Shown piece after piece: positions 51,226-63,800 of a stretch of 64,000 bases of DNA. The notes below the pieces were generated by a model that searched no databases, was not told the DNA's origin, and saw only the letters and a list, made by a program, of their open reading frames with translations. Made by a program: the position numbers and the translations under genes. Each line of letters starts with the position of its first letter. Within the stretch, counting starts at the first letter, position 1. The DNA is from Vicugna vicugna (lineage: Eukaryota), in the NCBI GenBank assembly GCA_013265495.1, contig MU058636.1:1612001-1676000 (forward strand), given 5' to 3'.

Positions 51226-52757
51226 TTTTTAGGCTTAAGTTTATTGAAGAATAATTTACATACAATAGAATTGACTTTTTAAAAGAGTACAGTTCAACAA
51301 ACTTTGACAGATGCTGATAATCGTGTACTACCACCATGATTAAGAACCAGCAGGATTTTTAATGTCAGCTGAAAAACTCATCCCAAAATTGTAAGGCAGA
51401 GCCAAGCTCCAGAAATTAACATGACCATTCTGAATCAAGAAGAGCATGACAATTTTGTCCTACCAGATATGAAAACTTCAATGACTGAACTTTAGAAGTA
51501 AATACCATGTGAAACTGTGCAGACATAGGTCGACTAATGGAACAGAATAGAGTCCAGAAACAGACTCGGCCCTTTAGGGAAACTCTACGTATGACAGAGA
51601 TGGCATTAAAAATCAAAGAAGGAAGTATGAACTACTCAAACAGTAAAAAACATTTTTTAAGAAAAAGTCCTGGCATCCCAATCCTTAGGCCCCTAGAAAA
51701 TCTGCAGAGGTGGCAATCTCCTGATTTTTTTTTTAAGGCAGATTTCCATCCTTCAGGTTGCATACGCCCATAAACCTCCAATTGTTATCTATATGGGAAA
51801 ATCATGGTCCCTACATCTCTATGACATACTGATACGTATTCCAGATGGATTAAAAATTTAAATGGAAAAAGCAAACTTTACAGTCTTAAGAAGAAAATAT
51901 AACCTACAGGTAGAGAAATATTTTGACTTTTTTTAAAAAAGGACAAATTATAGGGTATTTATAAATGTGAATTCATTATAACTTTCAACTACGTAACAAA
52001 AGACACCATAAGCAAAGTCTAAAGACAAACCACTGTATCTGCTTCTGTGAAATCTGAGTGGTTGTACTTTTCCCTATTCCTCTCATTAAGTACGAATACA
52101 AACTCTGGATATTAGATATAAAACAAGTGTGACAAGACTCTAAAAGGTGAAGGAGGCAGACTTGACAAGGACCCTGGAACCCGAGGAACAACATGATAAT
52201 GAGTTCCTGGGTTTTCTTTTCACCTCATACATCCCCAACTTGGAGCTGAAGAAGCCAGCTATCGGGAAACACCAACAGCGCAGACTCAGGAAGCTGCAAT
52301 CCCCACCCCCACCCCCTCCCTGTGCCAATAAAAGCCTGCTCTCTGTAGCCAAGACAAGGAACATTTCAGTCTAAGAATACAGACAACTTTTAGACAATAA
52401 CTGCTCCACTCTCGCAACCACCACAGGATAAACTGTGGGTCTACCTGCCCCAATGCCAGCAAAAGCTGAGTGGAAAGCCTAGAACCCCATCCTTGCCAGG
52501 CTGACATGGGCACCCCGACATCCTCACCAGGGTGGGGTCAGAGAGGCCAGTTAGGGAGCTGGGGCTTCCATCTTCACTAGGTGGTAAGGAGCCCTGAGCC
52601 CTCCTTGGCACGCTGGCAGTGTCACTGGAGACCACGTGGGAGTCTGGACTTCCACTGCACCTGCTGAGACGGTGTCACAGCAGAGGCCTAACAAAGCCGG
52701 AACTTCATCCTCACACTGCAGTGACGCTAGGTGACAATGGAGGTCAAGTAAGAAAAC

Positions 52758-55720
52758 TGTGACTCTGCCAAACCCATTAACAACTCCCAGGAAATAAAAA
52801 CATAATCTGGCCAATAAAATAAAGACTGACAGTTTTTTCGTTTTCCTTTGTGCTTAGTCTACTTTCACTGGCTCACAGGGCACTGCATGCAGAGGACTTG
52901 CATCCGGAATTTCAGACCAGGGTTCCTTATGCAAAATGGCTGCACCCACACCTCAGCTCAGCAGCCATGTGCAGACACTCGGCCCTGGCCCTGGATCTAG
53001 AGTGTGAGACACAGAGGAGAAAAAATCAGAGATAAAAAGGCCCAGAAGCAAGCCCGCCTACCAGCTGTCGCCCTCCAAGGTCAGCAGGTTGGCAGGTGGG
53101 CTACCCACCCACAGAGACTCCTGAATCCCGTGAGCGGCCCCGGCCCCCACCAAGACACAGCAAGTCAATCAGTGCCCCCTATGCACACAAGAGGGTCACT
53201 GGAAAAGAGAACATGCTCTCTGCCCCCAAGGGGGATGGAAATGGTAGATCCCAGCCACCACCCTCAAAGGCAGATGGTCCACACAGGTGAAGAAGGATGG
53301 GGTCAGGGGCCTCCTGCACCAGCATTCCAGCTGACCCCCAAGGAGCCCCGATCGACAGTGGATACAGGGGAAAGGCTGTCGATCCTCAGTCGACGCTGGT
53401 GCTGCTTACTTGGTCCTAAGCACCAGCCCAGGCAAACTCAGTCACAAGAGTTGTGAAATAATGGGGTATCAGGAAGGGCCCAAGAACAGGCGTTAGAGCC
53501 ACTGGAATGTGAGCTGGATGGGCAAAGGCTCACTCAGTCCTTCTGTGCGTCCCTAAATGCTCATACCCTGCTCGAAAGAGGTATCTTACGTAAATTGGAG
53601 GCTGCGTTCCACCTAACGGGAGACCAACTGGAGACCGGTGTGCCTGAGGTGAGGGCACACGGTGATCCTGTTACTGACTGAGGACAAACCTCCCCGGACA
53701 GAGCAAGTCGACCTCCCCAGAGTAAACCCCGAGGCTGGGTCTAGGAACAGCTGGGACGAGCTTCAGGAGCCAGTCCCGTGAGAGTCCATCTAAAACCTGG
53801 ACATTCGTGGCCCAACAGAAAACAGCACCCTCTCCATCGGGAGGCCTTGTTGGCCCTGCCCCTGTTATATGGGGCCTAATTGACCAAGGCCTCCTTCGGC
53901 CAGGCCAGTAAGCCTGTAATACCGCCATTTTCCCCGTAAAGAAACCCAGTGGGGCAGGAATGAAGCCACCGAGGACACACATCCAGTGGTCCCTGATCCC
54001 TGCACCCTGCTGGCCACTCTGCCGTCACCAGGGCCTGGTGTCTGTATTAGATTTAAAAGATGCCTTCTTCTGTATTCCATTAGCCCCAGAGACAGAAGAA
54101 ATTTTTCCTTTTGAGTGGCAGGACCTAAACACGCAACAAAAACAGCAACACTGCTGGACAGTCCGGCCCCAAGGGCTCAAAAACCCCCATCTCTGGGGAA
54201 ACTGTAGCTAAAGACCTAAGAGACCTGCATCTGGAGGAGGGGACCCTCCCTCAGTGTGCATTCCGACCGCGAGCCCCAGTAAGGCCGCCTCCGAACCACC
54301 CTGCCGATAAACGGTATAAGGTGTCCAAGAAAAAGCTCAAATGTCACAAACTGGGCTTCGGTCTCACAGAAGGTCAGAGAAGCCCACACCAGGAAAGGGA
54401 AGAAGCCATTTGCAGCCCCGCCCCTCCTAGAACTGGAAGACAGCTTAGGGGTTCCTGGGGGTGGTAGGGTTTTGCACATCTGAATCCCTAACTGTGGTCT
54501 AATGGCTCGGTCTCTATATGAAACGTTGGAAGGGAAGGGTGATGATCCTTTTGAAGGGGTTTTTCAAGAACTAAAGAAGTAGTTACTTCAGGTCCCTGTC
54601 CTGGCCCTCCCAGATCTGGCTACTTCGATACAGATCTGGGAGGCCATGAGTGGGTGTTTAATGAACATGGGCGATACTTCCTCCCCAGACCGCAGCTCGT
54701 CAAGCCGTCAAGCCGTGAGGGAGGCTGTCACAGAGCTCAGCACAGGAGGGAAGCCCTATACAACGGCTAGTTGAGGTCTTGGACACACCTGGCAGGAAAA
54801 GCATAATCAGTCCGAGAAGTGGGCCACGCCCCACCCGCTCAATAAACAACCCAAACACCTGACGCCCCAGAGCCCCCACCCCCCACCCCCAGATAAGGCC
54901 CATTCGGAACACAGGGACATGTCCTGGGGAAGACTGGCAGGCTGATTTCACTGTCATGCTGAGAGCAGCTGGCAGTTTCAGGTGTCTCTTGGTGCTGGTG
55001 GACGCTTTTTCTGAGAGGACAGACGCACCCCCTGCTAGGGCTGTGACTGCAGCTCCAGCGGCCACAGCGTGGCTAGGAGAAGTGACCGCTCCTCCGCCCG
55101 CGGCTGTGGCACCAGCAGGAAGCAGTCAAGGAGACGGGCACCCCCTCAACAGCGAGAAGCAGGACAAAAGGCAGAGGACGGGTTTGTCACCGGCAAAGCC
55201 CCTTAACAATTCCCAAGGAATAACAGAATCTGGGTAATAAAAAAGTCCAACCTTTTTTCTTTTTTCCTTGCTCTGAGTCGAATTTCACTGGCTCACAGGG
55301 GGCCGCGTGCGGAGGCCTCACACCCAGCACTTCAGACCAGAGTTCCTGGTGCCAAACGGCTGCGCCCACACCTCCGCTCAGGGCCGTGTGCAGAGACGCT
55401 GAGCAAGACCCTCAACCCACGATAGAGGCGGGCCGTGTGTGAGCGGGCCCAGCTGCGCCTGCGCGCCGCCCTCCCCGCGAGAACCCCGCCCTCCCCGCGA
55501 GAACCCTGCCCTCCCTGCGAGGCAATCCCTACGAAGCAGCGCCGCCCCCGGGGCTGTCGGGCAGAGCCTTGCTCTAGCATGCGAGCTCGCACCTCTTCAT
55601 TCTTTAATCAAAGAATAAAGCTTTCCTCTGCTTCTGAACCAAACTCAAGTCTTGTTCTATCAGCTCGAGCAATAGGGCAGATGGACCTTTGTTGGGGCCA
55701 ACTCAAAAGGGGCGGCAACA
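52758..55720 (+). mobile_element. Internally deleted gamma-like (ERV1) provirus with a truncated 5' LTR and a complete 3' LTR
   Basis: gag end RDKKAQKQARL, zinc knuckle CTQEGHWKRE near 53180, protease-like VDAGAAY near 53390, RT VLDLKDAFFCIPL near 54045, integrase PGEDWQADFT and LVLVDAFS near 54925-55010. Polypurine tract before 55185. LTR 55185-55720 (TG...CA, AATAAA at 55614) is homologous to 52758-52985. No env seen. Confidence 0.85.
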
Positions 55721-56224
55721 CTGGGACGTCTGTTCCCACCCTGCAGTCGTGAGGAAGCACCCTCTTTCCGGAACTTCTGTGGTGATGTTGAGGTGAAGCC
55801 AGCTAAAACATAAGATTTAAATAAGTAACAAAGTGTCATTATTATATCACGAATTTCCAGGTTGCGATAATAAATTGCTCATCATACCAAGAATCAGGAA
55901 AATTTTAAACCAAATGAAAAAGACAACAGGAGATGCCAACATCAAGATAACATAGGTATTAGAATCATCTTATGAAGGTTTAAAGCAACCATCATAAAAA
56001 TGCCTCAAAATTAAGTACTCTCAAAGTGAATAAGAAGAGCATCTTAGCAAAGAAACAGAAGGCATAAAAAGAACCAAATGTAAGTTACAATAACTAAATT
56101 AAAAACTCAATAGAAGGACTCTACATTAGAATGAAGAAGCCGATGAAAGAACTGGTAGACAGAACAATACGAATTACCCAAACTGCGTAACAGGGAGAAC
56201 ACATCAAAGTGAAGAAATGAATTA

Positions 56225-57055
56225 CCAACACATTGCTGGTGGGAATGGAAAACAATTTGGCAGTTTCTTAAAAAAACTACATGCAACCACCGTGTAACCC
56301 AGTGCACCTCTAGGCTTTTATCCCAGAGAAATGAAAACTCATACTTTCACAAAAACCTGTGCAAAAATATTTATAGCAGCTTTATTCATAATAACCAACA
56401 ACAGGAAGAAACCCAGATGTCGTTCATTAAGTGAATGGTTCAGCAAAACGTGGTCTGTCCACACCATGGAACACTACCCAGCAATGAAAAGGAACAAACT
56501 ATACATACACAACAACCTGGTTGAACCTCCAGGGAATTACGCTGAATGGAAAATACAGTCTTAAAAGTTTGTATATTATATTATTCCACTTATGTAACTT
56601 TTTTAAAGTTTTTTTTCTGGTTGGGGAGGTAATTAGGTTTATTTATGTATTTATTCTTAGAGGAGGTACTGGGTATTGAACCCAGAACCTCATGCACACT
56701 AAGCATGTGCTCTACCACTTGAGCTGTACCCTGCCCCCTATTTATGTTACATTCTTGAAATGACAAAATTATAGAAATGGAAAACAGATTCGTGGTTGAC
56801 AGGAGTTTTAAGGAAAGAATGAGGGTGAGAAGGATAATAGAGTGACATGAGACATCCTTGTGGTGATGGAAATGTTCTATACCTTCACTGTCACGATGCC
56901 AACATCCTAGTGGTGATATTGTCCTATAGTTCAGCAAGATGTTACCATTGGGAGAGACTGGGTAAACAGGACATGAGACCTCTCTGTACATATCTTACAA
57001 CCGCCTGTGAATCTACAAATACCTCGAAATGAAAAGTTTAATTCAATTTAAAAAA
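56225..57055 (+). mobile_element. L1MB/MC-type ORF2 end and 3' UTR
   Basis: CATTGCTGGTGGGAAT, TATCCCAGAGAAATGAAAAC and ACATTCTTGAAATGACAAAATTATAGAAATGG, interrupted by a SINE. Confidence 0.8.
56599..56737 (-). mobile_element. tRNA-Ala-derived camelid SINE (vic-1-like)
   Basis: Minus strand GGGTACAGCTCAAGTGGTAGAGCACATGCTTAG...GGTTCAATACCCAGTACCTCC with tail AATAAACCTAATTACCTCCCC. Degenerate TSD (TTATGTAAC / TTATGTTAC). Confidence 0.88.
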
Positions 57056-57249
57056 AGACAAATCACAGACTCTAAGAGGTTATTTGAGACACAACCAAAA
57101 GAAGGATTTGTTTCCAAAATACATAAGGAATATGTAAAAATCAGTAAGAAAAATACATAAGAGGTAAAAAAAAACAATTATAAGTGTAATGTGGAAACAA
57201 ATATGGCATAATGTTAAAAAGTTTGATAAGACTGGGTGGTGGTTCTGTG

Positions 57250-58540
57250 GATGTTCCCTAAATGGTCCATTTCCTCTGTTTGTTTGAAACATTGTATGTG
57301 GGGTTTAAATGGCAATAGGTCACCAGTTCTTTATGACTTTATCAGAGCAGTCACAGAGGAGGGATGCTTGAAATAGTTCCAAAAAAGTGGTGCAGTGCAA
57401 AGTTTTCCAATTTCTGTTGATGGAAAATTTGACAAATCCATCCTCTTGTTAACATGTCAAGTTATTCAGGTCATAGGAAAGACTGAAAGGATCTCTCAGC
57501 CACTTGTCCATTTCTAGGACTCAGAGGACTTTTTCAGTGAGAAGGATAGCACATATTTTTACTTTTATCACATATGCTTTAACTTTTATGTAAACAAATA
57601 AACTTCAAGTAACACATCATTTCCATAATTACCTCTTTTCAAACACCTCCTAAGTTTTATTTTCATTGTAATAATCTTGAAACATTCAATAAAAACACTT
57701 TTATTTTTCATTGAATAATGATATGTAAGTTTCCTTGAGAATAAATATGTATCACTGAAATAAAAAACAAATATGCACTAATATTATTGCCAAAATAATG
57801 CTCTTCGGAAAAATCTTATTGAGGTTTTTACCTGTGTTTGATGGCTTTTTCCCCCTTCCATGAAGAAAAATCACAATAGTGAATTTAAAAACCAGTAAGC
57901 ACCATTCCCATGATAAACTTTCATGTTTGCATAAGAGTTACTTACAATTTTATTGCAAACTTGTATCAAAAGGCAAGTATTCAAACTACTGATTTTTTCA
58001 CTTACAATATTAATCATTTTCTCTTTTCCACTTGAAAACGCAAAAAATCAGGAGGAAAGCTTTTAGTGACCAGGTGTTCCTGGTGAATGATGTGACATCT
58101 GCTATTATCTTGGTCCTATGTCTACTTACATCCATTTGGTTTTCCTGGTTGATATCAGGGTAGTCTCAATGCCCGTACATCTTCGGAAAAAATTCTTGAG
58201 TTATTATTTTACCACAAAGCCATGTTGCGAATGTGCATGTCTTCATCATGAAAATATTAGGAAACAAAGATCATTAAAATGGTCAGTCATAATCAGACCC
58301 TTCATTCTACTGTAATGCTTAGAAAAGGGTCAGCCTGGATCCCACAACCAAGTGTTCCAGTACAGGTTGAGCACACTAACATCAGTTGTCAATAATGTTG
58401 TTCCATATGAGCTCTTGTTTCAGCTTGGCTGAAATGATGCAACAAAATATTCTGTTGCTTACTGTTAGTTGCCAGGAGGGGTTGGAATGAACTGATACCA
58501 TCTTCTTCATGACCAAACTCACTATAGCTTCAAAGCCAAG
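57250..58540 (-). mobile_element. Probable fossil hAT transposase fragment
   Basis: Minus-strand CHIIHQEHLVTK at about 58060-58097 resembles the hAT HCxxHQExL motif. AT-rich and otherwise decayed. Confidence 0.45.
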
Positions 58541-58619
58541 GCATACCTATTGTAACCCTGGAAAGTTTTAGGAGTTTTGTATTTTCCCAATCAATTTTTT
58601 GTACATTAAGTTGATGTAC

Positions 58620-61370
58620 AAGCCATGTTCTAAGTTGAAAAATATCATGTCAGGGCTCTAAAAATCCCCTGTGCTCTACCTTTTCATCCCTCCCTCCTCC
58701 CCTGAACCAGAATGTTATATTGTTGGAATGTTACAGTCTATCTGCACAGGCTTCTTTCAATTAGCAATATGCATTTAAAATTCTACCTTTTTGGGGGGAG
58801 AAGGCTTAGCAGCTCATTTCTTTTTATCACTGAATAATGTGAGTTTGATTGGATGTACCACAGTTTCTGTCCATTTAACTATTTAGGGTCCCCGTGGTTG
58901 CTTCCAAATTTTGGCAATTATGAAAAAAAAGCTGCAATAAACATTCATGTGTATGATTTTGTGTGGACATAAGTTTTCAACTCATTTTGGTAAAAACCAA
59001 GGAACACAATTACTGGATCATATGGTAAGAGGATGTTTAGTTGTGTGAGAAACTACTGAACTATCTTCCAAAGTGGCTGTACCAGTTTGCATTCCCACCA
59101 TCAGTGAATGAGAGGTCCTGGCAAGCCACTCCCTCTCCCGAATCTGGTGTTATTAGTATCTTAGAATCTGGCCATTCTGATAGGTGTGCAGTGATATATC
59201 ATTGTTGTTTTAATTTGCTATTTTCTGATGACAGATGATGTTAAAGATCTTTTCATATGCTTCTTTGCTATCTGTGTAACTTCTTAGAGAAGTGTCTGTT
59301 AAAATCTTTGCCCACTTTTTAATCAGGGTGTTTGTTTTCTTATTATTGAATTTTAAGAGTTCTTTGCATATCTTTGGATTTTGTATAATTTGGATATTCC
59401 TTTATCAAACAAGTGTTTTACAAAGATTGTCTCCCAGACTGTGGCTTGTCTTTTCAGTCTCTTAACAGTGTTTTTCACAGAGCAGAAGTTTTAAATTTTA
59501 ATGAAATCCAATTTATCCATTTTTTTTCTCACAGATTGAATTTTTGATGTTGTATCTAAAAATCATCATTAAATCCAGGATCAACTAGATTTTCTCCTAT
59601 GGTGTCTTTCAGGAGTTTTACAGTTTGTGTGTCTTACATTTAAGTCTATAATTTACTTTGAGTTAATTTTTGTGAACAGTGTAAGATTTGTTTCTATAGT
59701 TTTTTTCTGCATGTGGATGTCCAGTTGTTCCAGAATTGTTTGTCAAAGTTTGTCCTTTCTCCATTGAAACTCCTTTACTCCTTTGTCAAAGATCAGCTGA
59801 CTTTATTTGTGTGGGTCTGTAACTGGCTCTCTATGCTATCCCACTGAACTATTTATATATTCTTTCACCAGTACCACACTGCCCTCATTACTATTGCTTT
59901 ATAATAGGTCTTGTTTAGAAGGTTGTAAATTACTGATTAATTTTATTTAACAGACGTAGGACTATTCCCATTATTTCTCCCTGTGTGAATTTTGGTAGAT
60001 TTTCTTTCAAGGAATTGATCCATTTCACCTAGATTACCAAATTTGTTGGTATAGAGATATCATAAAATTCCTTTATTATCTTTTTAACATTCATGGGATC
60101 TTTAGTGATGGCCCCGCTTTCATTTCTGTTATTAATAATTTGTGTCTTTCCCTTTTCATCTTAGTTAACCTGGTTAAAGTTTAATCAGTTTTATTGATCT
60201 TTTCAAAACCAACTTTTGGTTTCATTAGCTTTCTCTATTGATCTCTTAATTTCAACTTTATTGATTTCTGCTCTAATTTTTATTATTTCTTTCCTTGCGC
60301 TTACTTTGGAGTGAATTTACTCTAATTTTTCTAGTTTCCTAAGATAGAGGCTTACATTAGTAATTTTAGACCTCTCTCCTTTTCTAATGTATGCATGCAA
60401 TATTATATGAATTTCCCTCTAAATGTTGCTTTTGCTACATCCCACAAATTTTTGGTAAGTTATATTTTCACTTGTATAATGGTTGTAGAACATATTCTGT
60501 TTTATTTTCAACCCCTTTAAATGTACTGAGACTTGTTTTAAAGCTAGTCTATGGTTTATCTTGGTAAATATACCATGCAGACTTTGGGGAGGAGGTGTAA
60601 TAGTCTATAAATATCTAGTAGAGATATATTATTATGTAAAACACAGTCATAGTATTGATCAGATTATCTGTGTCTTTACAGAATTTTTGTCCAATCAATT
60701 TCTTTTTTTTTTAAGGTAATTTGATTTCTTTATTAGTGGTGAGACTTTTTATTTTGTAGAGCAAATAATCATACTCTGGGTTATTTATTTTGATTTTGGG
60801 GGGTTGGAGATAATTAGGTTTAACTATTTATTCTTGGAGGAGGTACTGGGGATTGAACCCAGGACCTCATGAATGCTAAGCATGTGCTCTACCACTTGAG
60901 CTATACCCTCGCCCCATCAATTTCTGATAGAGGAATCTTAAAATCCTCTATGATGATTTTGGACTTGTCTATATCTTCATTTGATCTTGCACATTTTTGC
61001 TTAATGTATTTTGTATCTCTTTTGTTAGGTGCATATATACATGTGATTGTTCTGACTTCCTTATGAATTGATACTTTTATATTATAAGATGTCTCTATCT
61101 CTGGAAATATTCTTTATCTTGAAGTTTATTTACTTTTATTAATATATCATTAACCTTCTTATGCTTACCTTTTTCAAGGCGTGCTTTTACTTTCAACCAA
61201 GATTTGCCTTTGTATTTAAGTGTATCCCTTGTAGGCATCATATATTATGTTCGTTTACCCATTCTGATAATCTCTGCCTTTTAATTGGAATATTTGGTCT
61301 ATTAACATTTAATGTAATTATTAATATGAATTTAAGTCTAACATTTTATTGTTTTCTAGGCTTTTGTCCC
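58620..61370 (-). mobile_element. Cluster of antisense L1 fragments
   Basis: CCAAAGTGGCTGTACCAGTTTGCATTCCCACCA, GCAGAAGTTTTAAATTTTAATGAAATCCAATTT and TTGATTTCTGCTCTAATTTTTATTATTTCTTTCC. Confidence 0.85.
60704..60915 (-). mobile_element. tRNA-Ala-derived camelid SINE (vic-1-like) with a 3' extension
   Basis: Minus strand GGGTATAGCTCAAGTGGTAGAGCACATGCTTAGC...GGTTCAATCCCCAGTACCTCC. Perfect TSD ATCAATTTCT at 60694-60703 and 60916-60925. Confidence 0.88.
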
Positions 61371-63454
61371 TCTGTGCTCTATTTTCTTTCAGTGGGCAGC
61401 AGCTGAAATCTCGGTTCAGGCATTTTAGCTTTCAGTCTTAGCTGCAAGATGCCACTGAACCCTGAGTCATACAGCTTGGCTTGCTGCGATGACCCTGTCT
61501 GATTGAAAGGGGGAAAAGACCTTTTTCATCACTTTGAAAAGAAAAATTCAAAAGATTTGCTCACTTAAAAGATGTACAGAACTATCAGCAAAGAAGTGGA
61601 TGTTTCTCACTACTGGGATTTCCTCCTGCGAAGGCACTGATAAGGACCTCGAGCTGAAATCTAACGCATATTTCTCGATAAACACAGCTACTTGCTTTCC
61701 TTTTAATATTTTGCAGAAATTCTAGACTTCGAAGGAAACAAAAGACATCAATCCACAATCAAAGTATAACATTGGTTTTAACCTCAAAATATTTCCATTT
61801 AGCTAAATCCCTTTTCCCCCACCCTCCTTACAAAGCCACTTGAGAAATCCCACTTGACAAGGGATATTATTACAGTTTGTAATGCCCAACATCAGGGCAA
61901 GACTTTTTTTTCTCTTTTGTAAAATCAATTTGAGTTATTTACAATGAACTTAAAAACCATGAACTTTAATGAAAAAGCTTGACAGGTTTGATGTATGATA
62001 GACTAAAGTTTCAAAAAAAAAAAACCAACAACCCAGAAAAATTTTTTTTTCTTTTTGGCTGTGGAATAAAAACATGGGTCTAGCCACTCAGAGTTGCTTC
62101 TAAGAAAACAGTGAAATGGAGTTGCCCGGTGATTATAAAATTTCTACAGAAAACTAGTTAACAAAAGAGATGTAAATGTTTTTCCATCAATGGAATAATG
62201 TAGCAGGAGGGGGTTGCGTTTCCCCAACAAACAGAATCGGTTTTTGTGTGTTTGTCTGCAAGTTAGTTACTGATTACATTACTTAGTTTATTCAGGCTGG
62301 GTAGCTCCTAATAATTATTTTTCAGGAGAACCACTAAATAGATAAGGTGCAGGACATCCTTGCAGAAGAGTCTAGATTCTGGCCATTGATGGCCTAATTT
62401 ACAGGATGTTTTTCAACACATTCCTGCAGGCTTTCCACTGCGTTTGCACCCCAGCTCCTTGTTTTGTTAATGCCTTTGCTGTAGTTGTAAGCAGCTTCTC
62501 AAACATAATCTTCAGCCGGTGTTTACTTTGACCACTGACTGTTGATTTAGAAGGAGCTCCTTTTTCAAAGGAAATCCCTCCACTTTTTCTGTGTCTAAAG
62601 GCCAGAGAGAATAATTGTCATGGCACCCAGCCTCGTGTGTTTAGAGCTTTGAAATGATCACAAAATTACTTTTCCCCTTTCATTTATTTTCCTCTTAAAT
62701 CCTGTTTTACAGTAATCATTCAAATGACTTCACAACATGGTCAGCCAAATAATGGCTTTAGGAGGCTGGTTATTTTAAATAGTGGGGACTAAATAGGCAC
62801 TTCTCAGTACAAACCTTTTAAAAAGTATTTGTTTAGTGAACAAGAAATGTCTAGAATGTGAATGAAAATGTGTCAAAAATACAATCGTGCTTTTTCTAAA
62901 ACTGTTTTACGCAAGAAAAATATAGATTTTATTCCTTGTTTGTACCTTTCTTGAAGATGGTATTCATAACTGCCCCTTTACATGATGTAAGAGGAAAAGA
63001 ACAGGGCAAGATGAGAAAGAAAAACATCTTTTAAAATTGTTATTGACATCTACCTAATGACTTGCAAATTAATATTAAATCATCAGCTTTGCAATATGAA
63101 TATCAAATAAGTTACTTTGCTGGGAGAAGCTCTACACCCTGCTTTCTGTCCCTTTCATAAATTCTTTGACTCTGTTAAGTTTATTCTTTGGGATGATGTT
63201 ATTCTTTGGCTGAGTTTAATATTTAAACTACAGAAAGAATAAAACTTGGCTTAGTCTAAATTGAGTTTGACTCTCCCTTGTAGCTTGGTAGTTCCTGTGC
63301 AATAGTCCCTCCCTCCCCCAAAATGGTGACAACATCAAACAACTGGGATGCTAGGTGAGAAGGTGCTTCCTGGCTGGGCTTGGGAGGACGTGGGCTCAGG
63401 GATCCCTTTAATGGCTAAATTGAGTCACAAGTGCTCTGGTGTGTTTCAACATAT

Positions 63455-63800
63455 CTCCCCCATATGATACTTATTAAATACAAAGGAGGAAAATAGTTAA
63501 ATTTCCAGTGGAGAAACTTGGCCTCACCACCTGAACTGTGGTCAAGGTTAACGTTACTCATCAAGGAACAAAGCCATATGTGTGCCTCCAAGAACGCGCT
63601 GTCATTCTGCAGTAGTCCCTCCACAAGCATGTTACTGACTCTGATCATTGAAAAACATCTAAATTGGGGAACATTCTGCAAAATAGCTGGCCTGTACTCT
63701 TCAAAAGTGTCACAAAAGACAAAGATCAGCTGGATGGTTCCTGACTAAAGATGACCAAATAGACATGATGACTAAATGCGATTCACTGTGGAAATTAGCA
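63455..63800 (+). mobile_element. L1MC/MD-type 3' UTR fragment
   Basis: GTGGAGAAACTTGGC, GGTCAAGGTTAAC and ACATTCTGCAAAATAGCTGGCCTGTACTCTTCAAAAGTGTCA. Confidence 0.7.

Noticed and set aside
53004..55237. Domesticated or intact retroviral gene
   Set aside because: gag, pro and pol motifs are scattered across frames with stops and large deletions, and there is no env ORF.
60835..60915. tRNA-Ala gene calls here and at about 22840-22905 and 56660-56732
   Set aside because: Each has an AT-rich tail, TSDs and substitutions that break the stems, so they are SINEs and not tRNA genes.
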